Assembly (NCBI GenBank): GCA_016181845.1
Contig: JACOYO010000006.1
Coordinates: 1-52,447, forward strand
DNA: 52,447 nucleotides
Direction of reading: 5' to 3'
Source of the DNA: Parcubacteria group bacterium
GTDB lineage: Bacteria > Patescibacteriota > Minisyncoccia > Phycocordibacterales > 21-14-all-47-15
Shown: positions 16,269 to 24,645 of the stretch, piece by piece
Layout: every line of letters starts with the position of its first letter
Position numbering within the stretch: the stretch's first letter is position 1
Position numbers and translations under genes: made by a program
The notes under the pieces: model-generated
Told to the model about the DNA's origin: nothing
Databases searched by the model: none
What the model saw: only the letters and a program-made list of their open reading frames with translations

Positions 16269-16889
16269 TTAAAAACCGACACCTGCAATCAATCTAAATA
16301 GCCAAAAGACGACCGGCACGACCGATTGCCAAAAGAAAAGGATGAATGAGAGAATTATAAAAACCCAATACGTTTCAAAAAACACTTGCACTTTATGGAG
16401 ATAATATGGAAGAAGCGCGAAAAGCACTTTTGAACCATCTAGTGGCGGTATTGGTATCAAGTTGAAAACCGCAAGTAAGATATTGATAAAGACGATAAGC
16501 GAGATAATTGGTACAGCCATCGGAGAAAAAACGTTTGCCGCAAATCCGAACCGAAGCGTGAGACCAAAAATAAGAGCGACAAGAAGATTCATTGACGGTC
16601 CCGCCAACGCGACGAGCGCTCCTCCCCACTTCCCCCACCGTACATTGTATGGATTATACGGCACCGGCTTTGCCCAGCCAAAAATAAAGCCGCCGAGAAA
16701 AAAAGTCATGACAGGAACAATAAACGAACCGACCAAGTCAAGGTGTTTTATCGGATTAAGAGAGAGCCGCCCAGCAAGACGAGCCGTCGGGTCGCCCAAG
16801 CTGTCCGCCGCATACCCGTGAGATACCTCGTGCGCGATGACGGATATGATAAGAATGGCAATTGCGAAAATGAAATCAAAACCTTGCAT
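16269..16889 (-). CDS. Site-2 protease family (peptidase M50) membrane metalloprotease
   Basis: HEVSHG zinc motif in the first TM region; multi-TM; LNLIPIPPLDGSK motif. Confidence 0.85.
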   Translation of the reverse strand: MQGFDFIFAIAILIISVIAHEVSHGYAADSLGDPTARLAGRLSLNPIKHLDLVGSFIVPVMTFFLGGFIFGWAKPVPYNPYNVRWGKWGGALVALAGPSMNLLVALIFGLTLRFGFAANVFSPMAVPIISLIVFINILLAVFNLIPIPPLDGSKVLFALLPYYLHKVQVFFETYWVFIILSFILFFWQSVVPVVFWLFRLIAGVGF

Positions 16890-17014
16890 AATGTATTTTT
16901 TATGCTACCATAAAAAAGCTTTTTAGTAAGTATGTTAGCTTCTTAGCTAGTTAGATTTAAATTTTTACACTTTCCTAACAAGCTAACAACCTAAAACCTA
17001 ATCAGCTGAATATT

Positions 17015-17218
17015 ATGGCAAAAGCATGCGTTATATGTGAAAAAAGTTCTCAAATGGGCGGCGGCTACTCAAATCGTGTTCGCGCTACCCAATTCAATCC
17101 GACCGGCAAACGCCGCCGAAAACCAAACCTTCAGTGGGCGACCCTTTCCTCGGGTGGGCGCATCAAAATCTGCACCCGATGCCTAAAAGCAAGCAAACAT
17201 CTCTCATATAAAAAGTAA
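17015..17218 (+). CDS. rpmB: 50S ribosomal protein L28
   Basis: MAKACVICEKSSQMGGGYSNRVRATQFNPTGKRRRKPNLQ matches the L28 pattern (C..C..., PNLQ). Confidence 0.85.
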   Translation: MAKACVICEKSSQMGGGYSNRVRATQFNPTGKRRRKPNLQWATLSSGGRIKICTRCLKASKHLSYKK

Positions 17219-17223
17219 GTGAT

Positions 17224-17266
17224 AAAAAAACCGTTCTGTGTATCAACACAACAGAACGGTTTTTTG
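17224..17266. terminator. Bidirectional rho-independent terminator between rpmB and the convergent membrane-protein gene
   Basis: aaaaaaaccgttctg...cagaacggtttttt. Confidence 0.7.
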
Positions 17267-17304
17267 TTTACCACAACTTTGGAGCGAAGCTTCCAAGTTG
17301 GAGA

Positions 17305-17739
17305 TCAAAAAAGATGGATGTTAAAAAAGAGCATGCTTCCCGTTACCGCGACACAAACAAACAATGCAATGGACGCTCGGACGATTGCCACATGCAATGA
17401 AAGATTTTTTGTCCCCGTTATCTTAAACCGCGCGAGCAATAGGGCGCAGGCAAAAGGAATAACGAAAGAAATATGCGTCCAAAAAAGCGCGGGCGAGCGA
17501 TCTGCAAATCCGCCAAGTTTCACAATAATTTCAATGGGAAGAACGGCAAACACCAGACTCCAGAGCATACCGTTTGCGTGCCAACGATGCTCTTTCTTGA
17601 GAAATACATGGCGTTCTTTGTCTTTGTCCTCGCGGCGAAGCTCAACCCCGTATGAAACGGTGATAACAAAAAAACAAACAAACACCGCCGCCGCCAGAAA
17701 AAACCACCAGTTCAATACTTCTAAATGCAATGGGCTCAT
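17305..17739 (-). CDS. Hypothetical 4-TM membrane protein
   Basis: Four hydrophobic helices. A strong SD aaaaGGAGGAgaa lies directly upstream of the ATG. The overlapping plus-strand ORF 17219-1773 has no such support. Confidence 0.65.
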   Translation of the reverse strand: MSPLHLEVLNWWFFLAAAVFVCFFVITVSYGVELRREDKDKERHVFLKKEHRWHANGMLWSLVFAVLPIEIIVKLGGFADRSPALFWTHISFVIPFACALLLARFKITGTKNLSLHVAIVRASIALFVCVAVTGSMLFFNIHLF

Positions 17740-17838
17740 TTCTCCTCCTTTTGAATGTGGAAAAAATCAATGAATCTGCGCAAAGTATACACACAAAAAG
17801 CTCTACGCGCAAAATGGACGTTACCAAACGATAACTGA

Positions 17839-17862
17839 CATTCGGCTATCGCATAGCCGAAT
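17839..17862. repeat. Hairpin repeat CATTCGGCTATCGNATAGCCGAAT, copy 1 (downstream of the malic enzyme gene)
   Basis: The same 24-nt palindrome occurs at 31982-32005, downstream of argS. Confidence 0.75.
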
Positions 17863-17877
17863 TTGAAGAGCCATCAG

Positions 17878-19053
17878 TTATAAGAGCGCCGCCTTGCGCA
17901 CCGCTTCGGCGATATGCGCGGGTACGCGTTTGTCGGTAAGCGCTGGCAAAATATTTTCCAAAGACGGCTCCGGCACAAACGAAGCAAGAGCGCGCGCCGC
18001 GGCTTGTTTCATTGCTGGCGTTATACGAGCCGCGCGCGCCAAAAACGCTCCTTTGAAAATCCCGGGGTACGCGAGCGCGTTATTTACTTGATTTGGAAAA
18101 TCGCTTCGCCCAGTCGCGATGACTGCCGCCCCCGCTTCTTTCGCCAAGTGTGGCAGGATTTCCGGCACTGGATTGGCGAGCGTAAAGACAATCGCTTTCG
18201 GAGCCATACTTCGTATCATGGCTTCTGTGATTACCCCGGGAGCCGACACGCCGATAAGCACATCCGCTCCCACAAGCGCGTCTGAAATAGTTCCTTTCTT
18301 GCCTGAAATATTTGTGCGCGACGCGATGTCTTTTTTTATGTCATTCAAATCAGTGCGCGTTTTTTCTACAATTCCTTTTCTATCGCAGACGATGATATCG
18401 CGGACTGGCGTGCAAGTTTTTTCATCGGCGCCGATGCACGACAAAAGTTTTGTCACGGCAATCCCCGCCGCTCCCGCTCCGCTAATCACTACAGAAAGTT
18501 CGTGCAGATTTTTCCCCACCACTTTGGCGGCATTCATGATGCCCGCGAGCACTACCACCGCGGTCCCATGCTGGTCGTCGTGAAAAACGGGAATGCCAAC
18601 ATTTTGCAGACGCTCTTCTATTTCAAAACACCGCGGCGCGGAAATATCTTCAAGATTGACCGCGCCGATTCCGGGCGCGATATTTTTTACTATGTTAATA
18701 ATTTCTTCAGTATCCTGCGTGGCAAGACATAGCGGAAAGGCGTCGATATCGGCAAACTCTTTGAAAATAACGGCCTTTCCTTCCATCACAGGCAGTGCCG
18801 CTTCCGGTCCGATATTGCCAAGCCCGAGCACAGCGCTTCCGTCAGTCACAATCGCAACCGTATTTCCTTTCCCGGTGTATTCATACGCAAGACTTTTGTC
18901 TTTTGCGATTTCAGAAGACACCGCGGCAACGCCTGGTGTATACGCGACAGATAAATCATCACGAGTCGCGAGCGGCACTTTTGAAACCATCGCGAGCTTG
19001 CCTTTCTTCTCTTTGTGTATACGCAAAGACTCTTCTCCGTAATTCATTGGCAT
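17878..19053 (-). CDS. NAD(P)-dependent malic enzyme (short, MaeB N-terminal type)
   Basis: LSVAYTPGVA, TDGSAVLGLGNIGPEAALPVMEGKAVIFKEFADIDAFP. The likely true start is the third codon (second ATG), 7 nt after TGATATACT. Confidence 0.88.
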   Translation of the reverse strand: MPMNYGEESLRIHKEKKGKLAMVSKVPLATRDDLSVAYTPGVAAVSSEIAKDKSLAYEYTGKGNTVAIVTDGSAVLGLGNIGPEAALPVMEGKAVIFKEFADIDAFPLCLATQDTEEIINIVKNIAPGIGAVNLEDISAPRCFEIEERLQNVGIPVFHDDQHGTAVVVLAGIMNAAKVVGKNLHELSVVISGAGAAGIAVTKLLSCIGADEKTCTPVRDIIVCDRKGIVEKTRTDLNDIKKDIASRTNISGKKGTISDALVGADVLIGVSAPGVITEAMIRSMAPKAIVFTLANPVPEILPHLAKEAGAAVIATGRSDFPNQVNNALAYPGIFKGAFLARAARITPAMKQAAARALASFVPEPSLENILPALTDKRVPAHIAEAVRKAALL

Positions 19054-19062
19054 AGTATATCA
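19054..19062 (-). promoter_or_regulatory. Extended -10 box TGATATACT abutting the malic enzyme ORF
   Basis: The minus strand reads cttgTGATATACT|ATGccaATG. Confidence 0.45.
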
Positions 19063-19065
19063 CAA

Positions 19066-19098
19066 GCCCGCGCGCTTCAAAAAAAGAAGCGCGCGGGC
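19066..19098 (-). terminator. GC-rich hairpin terminator downstream of the DUF3105-like gene
   Basis: gcccgcgcgcttc-aaaaaaa-gaagcgcgcgggc: 13-bp stem. Confidence 0.55.
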
Positions 19099-19109
19099 AA
19101 ATCATTTTT

Positions 19110-19634
19110 TTATCGCCGCACGCGCATAGTAGACGCTGGCACTTTCTCCGGACCTTTGTTTTGATAGCGCGTGATGAAATCGCGTATGCGCGTTTCATCA
19201 AGCAAACCGTTTTCAATGTTAAAAGCATCAACGTGTCTCCACGCGACAAGCGCGATGTCAGTTTCATTTGCCTCGCGCGGCGCAATCACTGTTCGCGCGC
19301 CTGCAAAAGCGCGTAATTTTGCCACTGCATCATCTGCAATGCCCGGACGATACGCAATCCACACATCACCGTGTTCCAAATTATGGATAAAATATTCATC
19401 GGCAACCGCTTCGGCATAAAAGCCCGGGTCTGCCGGGTTTGCGTAGTGCCAACCCGATGACGGCGGATTGGAATTATACGCCGAATGCGCCGTGCCGACT
19501 TGAATGTGCGTCCTCCCTTGGTCGGCGTACGCGACGCTCATATCAGCTCCTGTCGGTGTGTTTGTTTTTACGCCAAGATACAAAAAATATCCGAGCGCGC
19601 CAATAATCAAAATTGCAAAAATATATTTTTTCAT
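19110..19634 (-). CDS. DUF3105-like membrane-anchored protein
   Basis: N-terminal TM helix; conserved-looking HNLEHGDVWIAYRP block. The family assignment is from memory. Confidence 0.5.
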   Translation of the reverse strand: MKKYIFAILIIGALGYFLYLGVKTNTPTGADMSVAYADQGRTHIQVGTAHSAYNSNPPSSGWHYANPADPGFYAEAVADEYFIHNLEHGDVWIAYRPGIADDAVAKLRAFAGARTVIAPREANETDIALVAWRHVDAFNIENGLLDETRIRDFITRYQNKGPEKVPASTMRVRR

Positions 19635-19649
19635 GTGTTTTATAAATTA

Positions 19650-20321
19650 TTAAACGTATAATAAATAATGAAACAAAAACCAAAAATGACTCGCGCTCCC
19701 GAGAAGCACAAAGACGTGGAATATTTCGTGCATGCCAAACCATGCTCGGCGCGGCACAATTTTGTCCAAAGCAAAAAACAGAGCGCCGATGCTATACAAG
19801 ACACCGCCGGCAAAAAGCCACTGAAACGCCGTTGAAGAAAGCGCGGTATTCATCGGCACATACGCGATAATATCAAGCCACCCCATAGCAAGATATATCA
19901 CGCCCGAAAGCCACCCGGGCATTGAAACATTAAGTGTTTTGACCAATACTCCCGCAAGCGCCAGCCCCCAAATCACTCCAAACAAACTCCATCCCCATCC
20001 GCCGCGAATGGCAACTAAACAAACCGGCGTATACGTCGCCGCGATGAGCACGTAAATCATCGCGTGGTCAAGTTTTTTGAATATTGATTTCGCGCGATTC
20101 TCAAACGGCACTGCGTGATAGAGCGTACTCGCGATGTATAAAAGAGTGAGCCCAGTGCCAAATACAGAAAAAGAAACGACATGCCACACCGTGCCATACA
20201 GAGAAGCATACACAACCAAAAGCGCCAGCGCCGCAACGGCAAGCATCGCGCCGATGCCGTGAGTGAGCGTATTTATCAACTCAAATCTGTAATGCAAAAG
20301 AGATTTCTGACTTATGCGCAT
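19650..20321 (-). CDS. Hemolysin III / PAQR-family 7-TM protein
   Basis: LDHAMIYVLIAATYTP and a C-terminal HEIFHVFVLLGS motif; seven hydrophobic segments. Confidence 0.85.
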   Translation of the reverse strand: MRISQKSLLHYRFELINTLTHGIGAMLAVAALALLVVYASLYGTVWHVVSFSVFGTGLTLLYIASTLYHAVPFENRAKSIFKKLDHAMIYVLIAATYTPVCLVAIRGGWGWSLFGVIWGLALAGVLVKTLNVSMPGWLSGVIYLAMGWLDIIAYVPMNTALSSTAFQWLFAGGVLYSIGALFFALDKIVPRRAWFGMHEIFHVFVLLGSASHFWFLFHYLLYV

Positions 20322-20327
20322 GACTTT

Positions 20328-20336
20328 AGTATATCA
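20328..20336 (-). promoter_or_regulatory. Extended -10 box TGATATACT 6 nt upstream of the hemolysin-III ATG (leaderless-type)
   Basis: The minus strand reads aacaTGATATACTaaagtcATG. Confidence 0.5.
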
Positions 20337-20401
20337 TGTTTACTATAACTCGCTAGAAAATACTGGATGTGCTTTTGCAAAGATGAATTCTTTTTCAAGA
20401 G

Positions 20402-20474
20402 GGTGCCTATCCGGATTTGAACCGGAACTGAGAGTTCCACAAACTCTAGTGCTAACCATTACACTATAGGCACC
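20402..20474 (-). tRNA. tRNA-His (anticodon GTG) with genome-encoded G-1; no encoded CCA
   Basis: Cloverleaf by hand: G-1 + GTGCCTA acceptor, anticodon arm AGAGT-TTGTGGA-ACTCT, T arm TCCGG-TTCAAAT-CCGGA, discriminator C. Confidence 0.9.
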
Positions 20475-20550
20475 ATAATTTTTGCCGCCGCGTAGACTGC
20501 GGCGGCTTTTCTTTTATACCACGATTTTTGTTGCTTTGTCGAGTAAACGA

Positions 20551-20595
20551 CAAAAACAAAAATCCGCCGCTTTTATGTTACTAAAAGCGGCGGAT
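20551..20595 (-). terminator. Rho-independent terminator of the histidine kinase gene
   Basis: Minus strand: atccgccgctttt-agtaacat-aaaagcggcggat followed by tttttgtttttg. Confidence 0.7.
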
Positions 20596-20596
20596 G

Positions 20597-21811
20597 TTAA
20601 CATTGTCTGGGCATAGGCAGGTAGACTCGAACGATAGTCTTTCCCTTGCCTGATTTCACTACAGCAGTGCCCCCATGTTTTTCTACAATCATTTTTAGCC
20701 CAGGAAGCCCTAGGCCCGAGCCGCGTATCTTTGTGGTAAAAAATGGGTCAAAAACCTGTTTCAAATTTTCCGGTGGTATTTCGCCACCGTTCTCAACCTC
20801 CACACAAAAGCTGTAATACCCCTTTCTATCGTATATTCTTGTACGGACAATAATCTCACCGTTGTTTTGGGTTGCATCTGTGGCGTTTTGTAAAAGTTCA
20901 TTCATCACATTCCCAATTTGCTTTTCGTCTATCATGACCAGCAAATTGGGGTCTGTTTGGAACATACGCGTACATCTAACGTTCTTTCCGCCTTTTTTCT
21001 TCGGAAACTCATTGATGGCCACAGACAAAAGAGAGGAGATATTTACCGCTTCCAGTTTCGGTGGACGTTGCCCAACATTGAGAATATCTTCGAGCTCTTT
21101 TTCCATTTCTTCATACCCTTTAATAATACGTTCTACACAAACTTCTATCTTTTTAAACTGTTCTTTCATTATGGAATCAAATGTTGAGGTATCCACATTC
21201 CCAAGAAGTTTTTGGGCTCGAATCGCGTGACCGCCGATACCAGATGTTTTATTCCTTACGGCATGAGTTACGATGCCGGCGTGTTCGCTTATCAAGCGGT
21301 ACCTCTCCGCTTCAATTGCTTTTCTCTGAAGCCGCTCCACTTCTTCAGCGTACTCTTTCATCACAATAACGGCAGCCATATTGTTTGCAATGGTGATGGC
21401 CATTTGCTTTTCTTTTTTTGAAAAGGTGTAACCTTTTATTTTTGAATAAATTTGAGCAACACCTTTTGCCTCCCCATTAAAAACGCTTGGCACCGCCATC
21501 ATTGACGTGAATCCCGCATCAAGAATCTTTTGATTGCTGAACCGATCATCTTTCGCCAAGTCTCGCACTTCTTGAATCTTACCGGTTAGCACCGCGTCGC
21601 CTCCAACCGTATGGCTTACCGGAATAGTTTCTTCCATTTCCGGCACATCCGGTGAAGGATCGGCCGAAAATCGAGCCGCTGAAATAAGAAATTTCCCCGT
21701 AACGTCGAGAAACCGAAAACTGCACAGAACCGCATTTGAAGAAAGGTCATCAACTAACGATCTTGTGTTTCCCTCAAACAAACGCTTCAAGTCTTGCTGC
21801 GTATAACGCAT
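20597..21811 (-). CDS. GAF-domain sensor histidine kinase; no response regulator nearby
   Basis: The C-terminal HATPase_c region has an N box (LLQNATDA) and G boxes (GSGLGLPGLKMIVEKHGG). H-box-like THAVRNK. The start is chosen at MRYTQQ because of GGAGGTGG 6 nt upstream. Confidence 0.8.
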   Translation of the reverse strand: MRYTQQDLKRLFEGNTRSLVDDLSSNAVLCSFRFLDVTGKFLISAARFSADPSPDVPEMEETIPVSHTVGGDAVLTGKIQEVRDLAKDDRFSNQKILDAGFTSMMAVPSVFNGEAKGVAQIYSKIKGYTFSKKEKQMAITIANNMAAVIVMKEYAEEVERLQRKAIEAERYRLISEHAGIVTHAVRNKTSGIGGHAIRAQKLLGNVDTSTFDSIMKEQFKKIEVCVERIIKGYEEMEKELEDILNVGQRPPKLEAVNISSLLSVAINEFPKKKGGKNVRCTRMFQTDPNLLVMIDEKQIGNVMNELLQNATDATQNNGEIIVRTRIYDRKGYYSFCVEVENGGEIPPENLKQVFDPFFTTKIRGSGLGLPGLKMIVEKHGGTAVVKSGKGKTIVRVYLPMPRQC

Positions 21812-21972
21812 GTTGACCACCTCCATTCGAGTAAAAATTTATATTTTATTATTGATGTCAAAGAGATTTTATTTGTTTTAATGTTATCACATAATACAAA
21901 AAAGTCAAGGGGCACCGTGTAATGCGCGCGCACAGAGGACTTTCTCTAGATAGATTATAAGTTCCATTTTGG

Positions 21973-22282
21973 TGCGCGGGAGAGGATTTGAATCTTACAG
22001 ATTCAGTACACCTTTTGGATATATTGCTTCGCAAGCTCGCAATCTATCTCAAAAGGTTTTCAAATCCGCATAACGCTTCGCGAAAGCGAAGCTATGCCTC
22101 CCGCGCATATTACGCTTCGCTCCAATATGCGCGGGAGAGGATTTGAATCTTACAGATTCAGTACACCTTTTGGATACATTGCTTCGCAAGCTCGCAATCT
22201 ATCTCAAAAGGTTTTCAAATCCGCATAACGCTTCGCGAAAGCGAAGCTATGCCTCCCGCGCATATTACGCTTCGCCCCAATA
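21973..22282 (-). repeat. Two tandem 155-bp units immediately 3' of tRNA-Leu(GAG). Each ends in a copy of the tRNA's 3' 22 nt and begins with its inverted complement.
   Basis: tgcgcgggagaggatttgaa starts at 21973, 22128 and 22283, giving a period of 155. The units are ~98% identical and differ at about three positions that I saw. Confidence 0.9.
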
Positions 22283-22366
22283 TGCGCGGGAGAGGATTTG
22301 AACCTCCAAGCCCTTGCGGGCGCTACCACCTCAAGGTAGTGCGTCTACCAATTTCGCCACCCGCGC
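22283..22366 (-). tRNA. tRNA-Leu (anticodon GAG), long variable arm; no encoded CCA
   Basis: GCGCGGG acceptor, CTACC-TTGAGGT-GGTAG anticodon arm, variable arm CGCCCGCAAGGGCTT, T arm GGAGG-TTCAAAT-CCTCT. Confidence 0.9.
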
Positions 22367-22378
22367 AAAATTGTATTT

Positions 22379-22384
22379 AGTATA
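22379..22384 (-). promoter_or_regulatory. -10 box TATACT 12 nt upstream of the tRNA-Leu(GAG) 5' end
   Basis: The minus strand reads ccaTATACTaaatacaatttt|GCGCGGG. Confidence 0.35.
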
Positions 22385-22414
22385 TGGTATTTTGTATGCG
22401 GTATCAAGAAAACT

Positions 22415-22444
22415 AAAAACCTTGCGATATATCGCAAGGTTTTT
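22415..22444 (-). terminator. Rho-independent terminator of rplS
   Basis: aaaaaccttgcgatatatcgcaaggttttt, with further T residues. Confidence 0.7.
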
Positions 22445-22451
22445 AGTTTTT

Positions 22452-22916
22452 TTATTCTTTAATTTTATCTGTAGTTTCTGTGATGACGGTTTCTTTTTCT
22501 GTTTCAGAAAGTTCTTTATCAGCACCAAGCGCTTCTCCCGCATCTTCTCTTTTTTCAAACAAAACATGTTTCAATTTTTTGCGGGCTTCTTTTGCGACCT
22601 TTTCACGAATATAGTAGAGCTTCGCTCGCCGCGTTTTTGCGCGTTTTATCACTTCAATGCGGTCAACCGCCGTAGAATAGAGAGGGAAAATACGCTCCAC
22701 ACCAACACCGCTTGCCACTTTGCGCACGGTAAACGTCGCGCCTTGTTCTTTGCCGTGTTTGCGCGCGAGCACGAGCCCTTCAAACGCCTGCAGTCGCGTC
22801 TTGCCTTTCTCTTGTATTTTCTGAAATACTTTCACCGTATCGCCCGACTTAAAATCAAGCGCCGCGCGCTTTTCGGTACCTGCAGGTATCAGAGATATTG
22901 TTTTCCGCTCTGTCAT
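22452..22916 (-). CDS. rplS: 50S ribosomal protein L19 with an acidic/Lys-rich C-terminal extension
   Basis: [35 protein letters not shown]...[17 protein letters not shown] is L19. The start is trimmed to MTERKT; the upstream part of the 238-aa ORF is not L19-like. Confidence 0.9.
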   Translation of the reverse strand: MTERKTISLIPAGTEKRAALDFKSGDTVKVFQKIQEKGKTRLQAFEGLVLARKHGKEQGATFTVRKVASGVGVERIFPLYSTAVDRIEVIKRAKTRRAKLYYIREKVAKEARKKLKHVLFEKREDAGEALGADKELSETEKETVITETTDKIKE

Positions 22917-23001
22917 AATACGAAACACTCTAGCATGTCTTTGGTAATCACGCAAGAAAAAAGCCCCTTCTGGAAACGGGGCTTTTGATACGTGATACGA
23001 A

Positions 23002-23247
23002 TTATTTCCAACTTGAAAACAGCTCTGTACCCCCGCACGATTTACATCGAAACCGAAGCGGTCCATTGTCCTGTATTTGTTCTCTCGCGCTGTTGTTGCC
23101 GCAACGAGGACAGCAATTATGCTGTTTGGTAAAGTCAGGAAACTTTTCCAACACATCTCCCGGGACATCTTCTTGGTTGGTGCCTTCTTCGGGGTCTTTT
23201 CCCATTAACCTCTTTGCTTCTTCAGGCGTCAGGTGATGGTCAAACAT
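23002..23247 (-). CDS. Small zinc-ribbon protein (CPRC...CKSC), hypothetical
   Basis: Two CxxC pairs; SD gaaaGGAGc lies 6 nt before the ATG. Confidence 0.55.
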   Translation of the reverse strand: MFDHHLTPEEAKRLMGKDPEEGTNQEDVPGDVLEKFPDFTKQHNCCPRCGNNSAREQIQDNGPLRFRCKSCGGTELFSSWK

Positions 23248-23284
23248 TGTTTTGCTCCTTTCAAGAAACCAGTTTTTGTCTGCT

Positions 23285-24610
23285 TTAGAGTATCCGTGAA
23301 TTGAGGCGCGAAGTCAACTCCGAAACCGGCACGCGTTCTTGCTTGCCGGTATCGCGGTCGCGCACAGTTACCGTGTCGTCAACGAGCGTGTCAAAATCAA
23401 TCGTCACGCAAAAAGGCGTGCCGATTTCGTCCTGCCTGCGGTAGCGTTTGCCAATATTGCCGTTATCGTCAAACATCACGGCGCCAAATTCTTTTTTGAG
23501 CATCGCGTATATTTCGCGCGCTTTTGCTAAGAGCTCCGGCTTGTTTTTCAAAAGCGGAAAGACGGCGGCTTTCACCGGAGCCAAGTGGGGCGGGAATTTC
23601 AACACAACACGCTTCTCTCCACCCAGCTCGTCTTCCGTGTACGCTTTCACCAAAACAGCGAGGATATGGCGTCCTAATCCAAACGTCGGTTCAAGCACGT
23701 GCGGTATAAATTTCTCATTCGTAGTTTGGTTGAGATATCGCAAATCAACGCCGCTCGTTTCTATGTGTTTCTTCAGGTCAAAATCGGTACGATACGCAAG
23801 CCCGCCGATTTCATCAAACTTGTGCGGATATTTGAAATAAAAATCCAATGTGCGTTTAGAATAATGCGCTCGCTCGCCGTCAGGAAGTTCCACCTCTTTG
23901 ATATCGGATTTTTCAAAACCTAGAGCGAGAAACCATTCCTGTATTTTACCTCTCCAGTATTCAAACAGTTCGTTCCATTGTTTTTCTTCAACAAAATATT
24001 CAAACTCCATAATTTCAAGCTCACGCACTCTGAAAATAAAATCACGCGGAGCAATTTCGTTGCGAAACGATTTTCCTATTTGCGCGATACCGAAAGGCAG
24101 TTTCGGATGAAATGAGTCAATTATATTTTTAAAGTTCACAAACATTCCCTGCGCGGTCTCTGGACGCAGATACACGATTGAGGAACCGTCTTCCGCCGCT
24201 CCGATATTTGCCTTAAACATCATATTAAACTGCCGCTCCTCCCCTAGCTTTCCTCCGCAATCAGGACATTTGTTTTTGTCTTCAAGATGGTCCGCGCGAA
24301 AGCGGCGTTTGCACTTTTCACATTCCACGAGCGGGTCGGAAAAACCGGAGACATGACCGCTTGCTTCCCATACTTTTGGATTCATCAAAATCGCCGAATC
24401 AACACCGTACATATCGTCCCGACTTTCCACAAACATGTGCCACCAAAGGTTTTCTATATTTTTTTTCAGCGCCACTCCGAGAGGACCGTAATCCCAGGTG
24501 CCGGCAAGCCCTCCGTAGATTTCGGAGCCCTGATAAATAAAACCGCGCCGTTTGGCGAGCGATACGATTTTTTCCATTATTGTTGATTCTTCTTTTTTCA
24601 TACTAATCAT
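23285..24610 (-). CDS. glyQS: Glycine--tRNA ligase (homodimeric GlyQS type)
   Basis: RRGFIYQGSEIYGGLAGTWDYGPLG, class II motifs and an anticodon-binding C-terminus. The start may be MEKIVS at 24577. Confidence 0.95.
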   Translation of the reverse strand: MISMKKEESTIMEKIVSLAKRRGFIYQGSEIYGGLAGTWDYGPLGVALKKNIENLWWHMFVESRDDMYGVDSAILMNPKVWEASGHVSGFSDPLVECEKCKRRFRADHLEDKNKCPDCGGKLGEERQFNMMFKANIGAAEDGSSIVYLRPETAQGMFVNFKNIIDSFHPKLPFGIAQIGKSFRNEIAPRDFIFRVRELEIMEFEYFVEEKQWNELFEYWRGKIQEWFLALGFEKSDIKEVELPDGERAHYSKRTLDFYFKYPHKFDEIGGLAYRTDFDLKKHIETSGVDLRYLNQTTNEKFIPHVLEPTFGLGRHILAVLVKAYTEDELGGEKRVVLKFPPHLAPVKAAVFPLLKNKPELLAKAREIYAMLKKEFGAVMFDDNGNIGKRYRRQDEIGTPFCVTIDFDTLVDDTVTVRDRDTGKQERVPVSELTSRLNSRIL

Positions 24611-24645
24611 TGAGGTACAATATGCTCTATCCTACCTTTCAAAAA

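Noticed and set aside
17219-17773. 184-aa plus-strand ORF after rpmB.
   Set aside because: It starts inside the rpmB terminator. It is antisense to a 4-TM protein gene that has a strong GGAGGA Shine-Dalgarno site.
21973-22282. The two 155-bp units as additional tRNA genes or tRNA genes with introns.
   Set aside because: Only the 7-9-nt acceptor strand and the last 22 nt match tRNA-Leu. There is no D arm or anticodon arm, and the T stem is disrupted (TAAGA versus CCTCT). They cannot fold into a cloverleaf.
22985-23168. N-terminal 84 codons of the 238-aa ORF containing rplS.
   Set aside because: The L19 homology starts at MTERKT (22916). The upstream part overlaps the SD-supported Zn-ribbon gene on the same strand in another frame and has no L19 counterpart.
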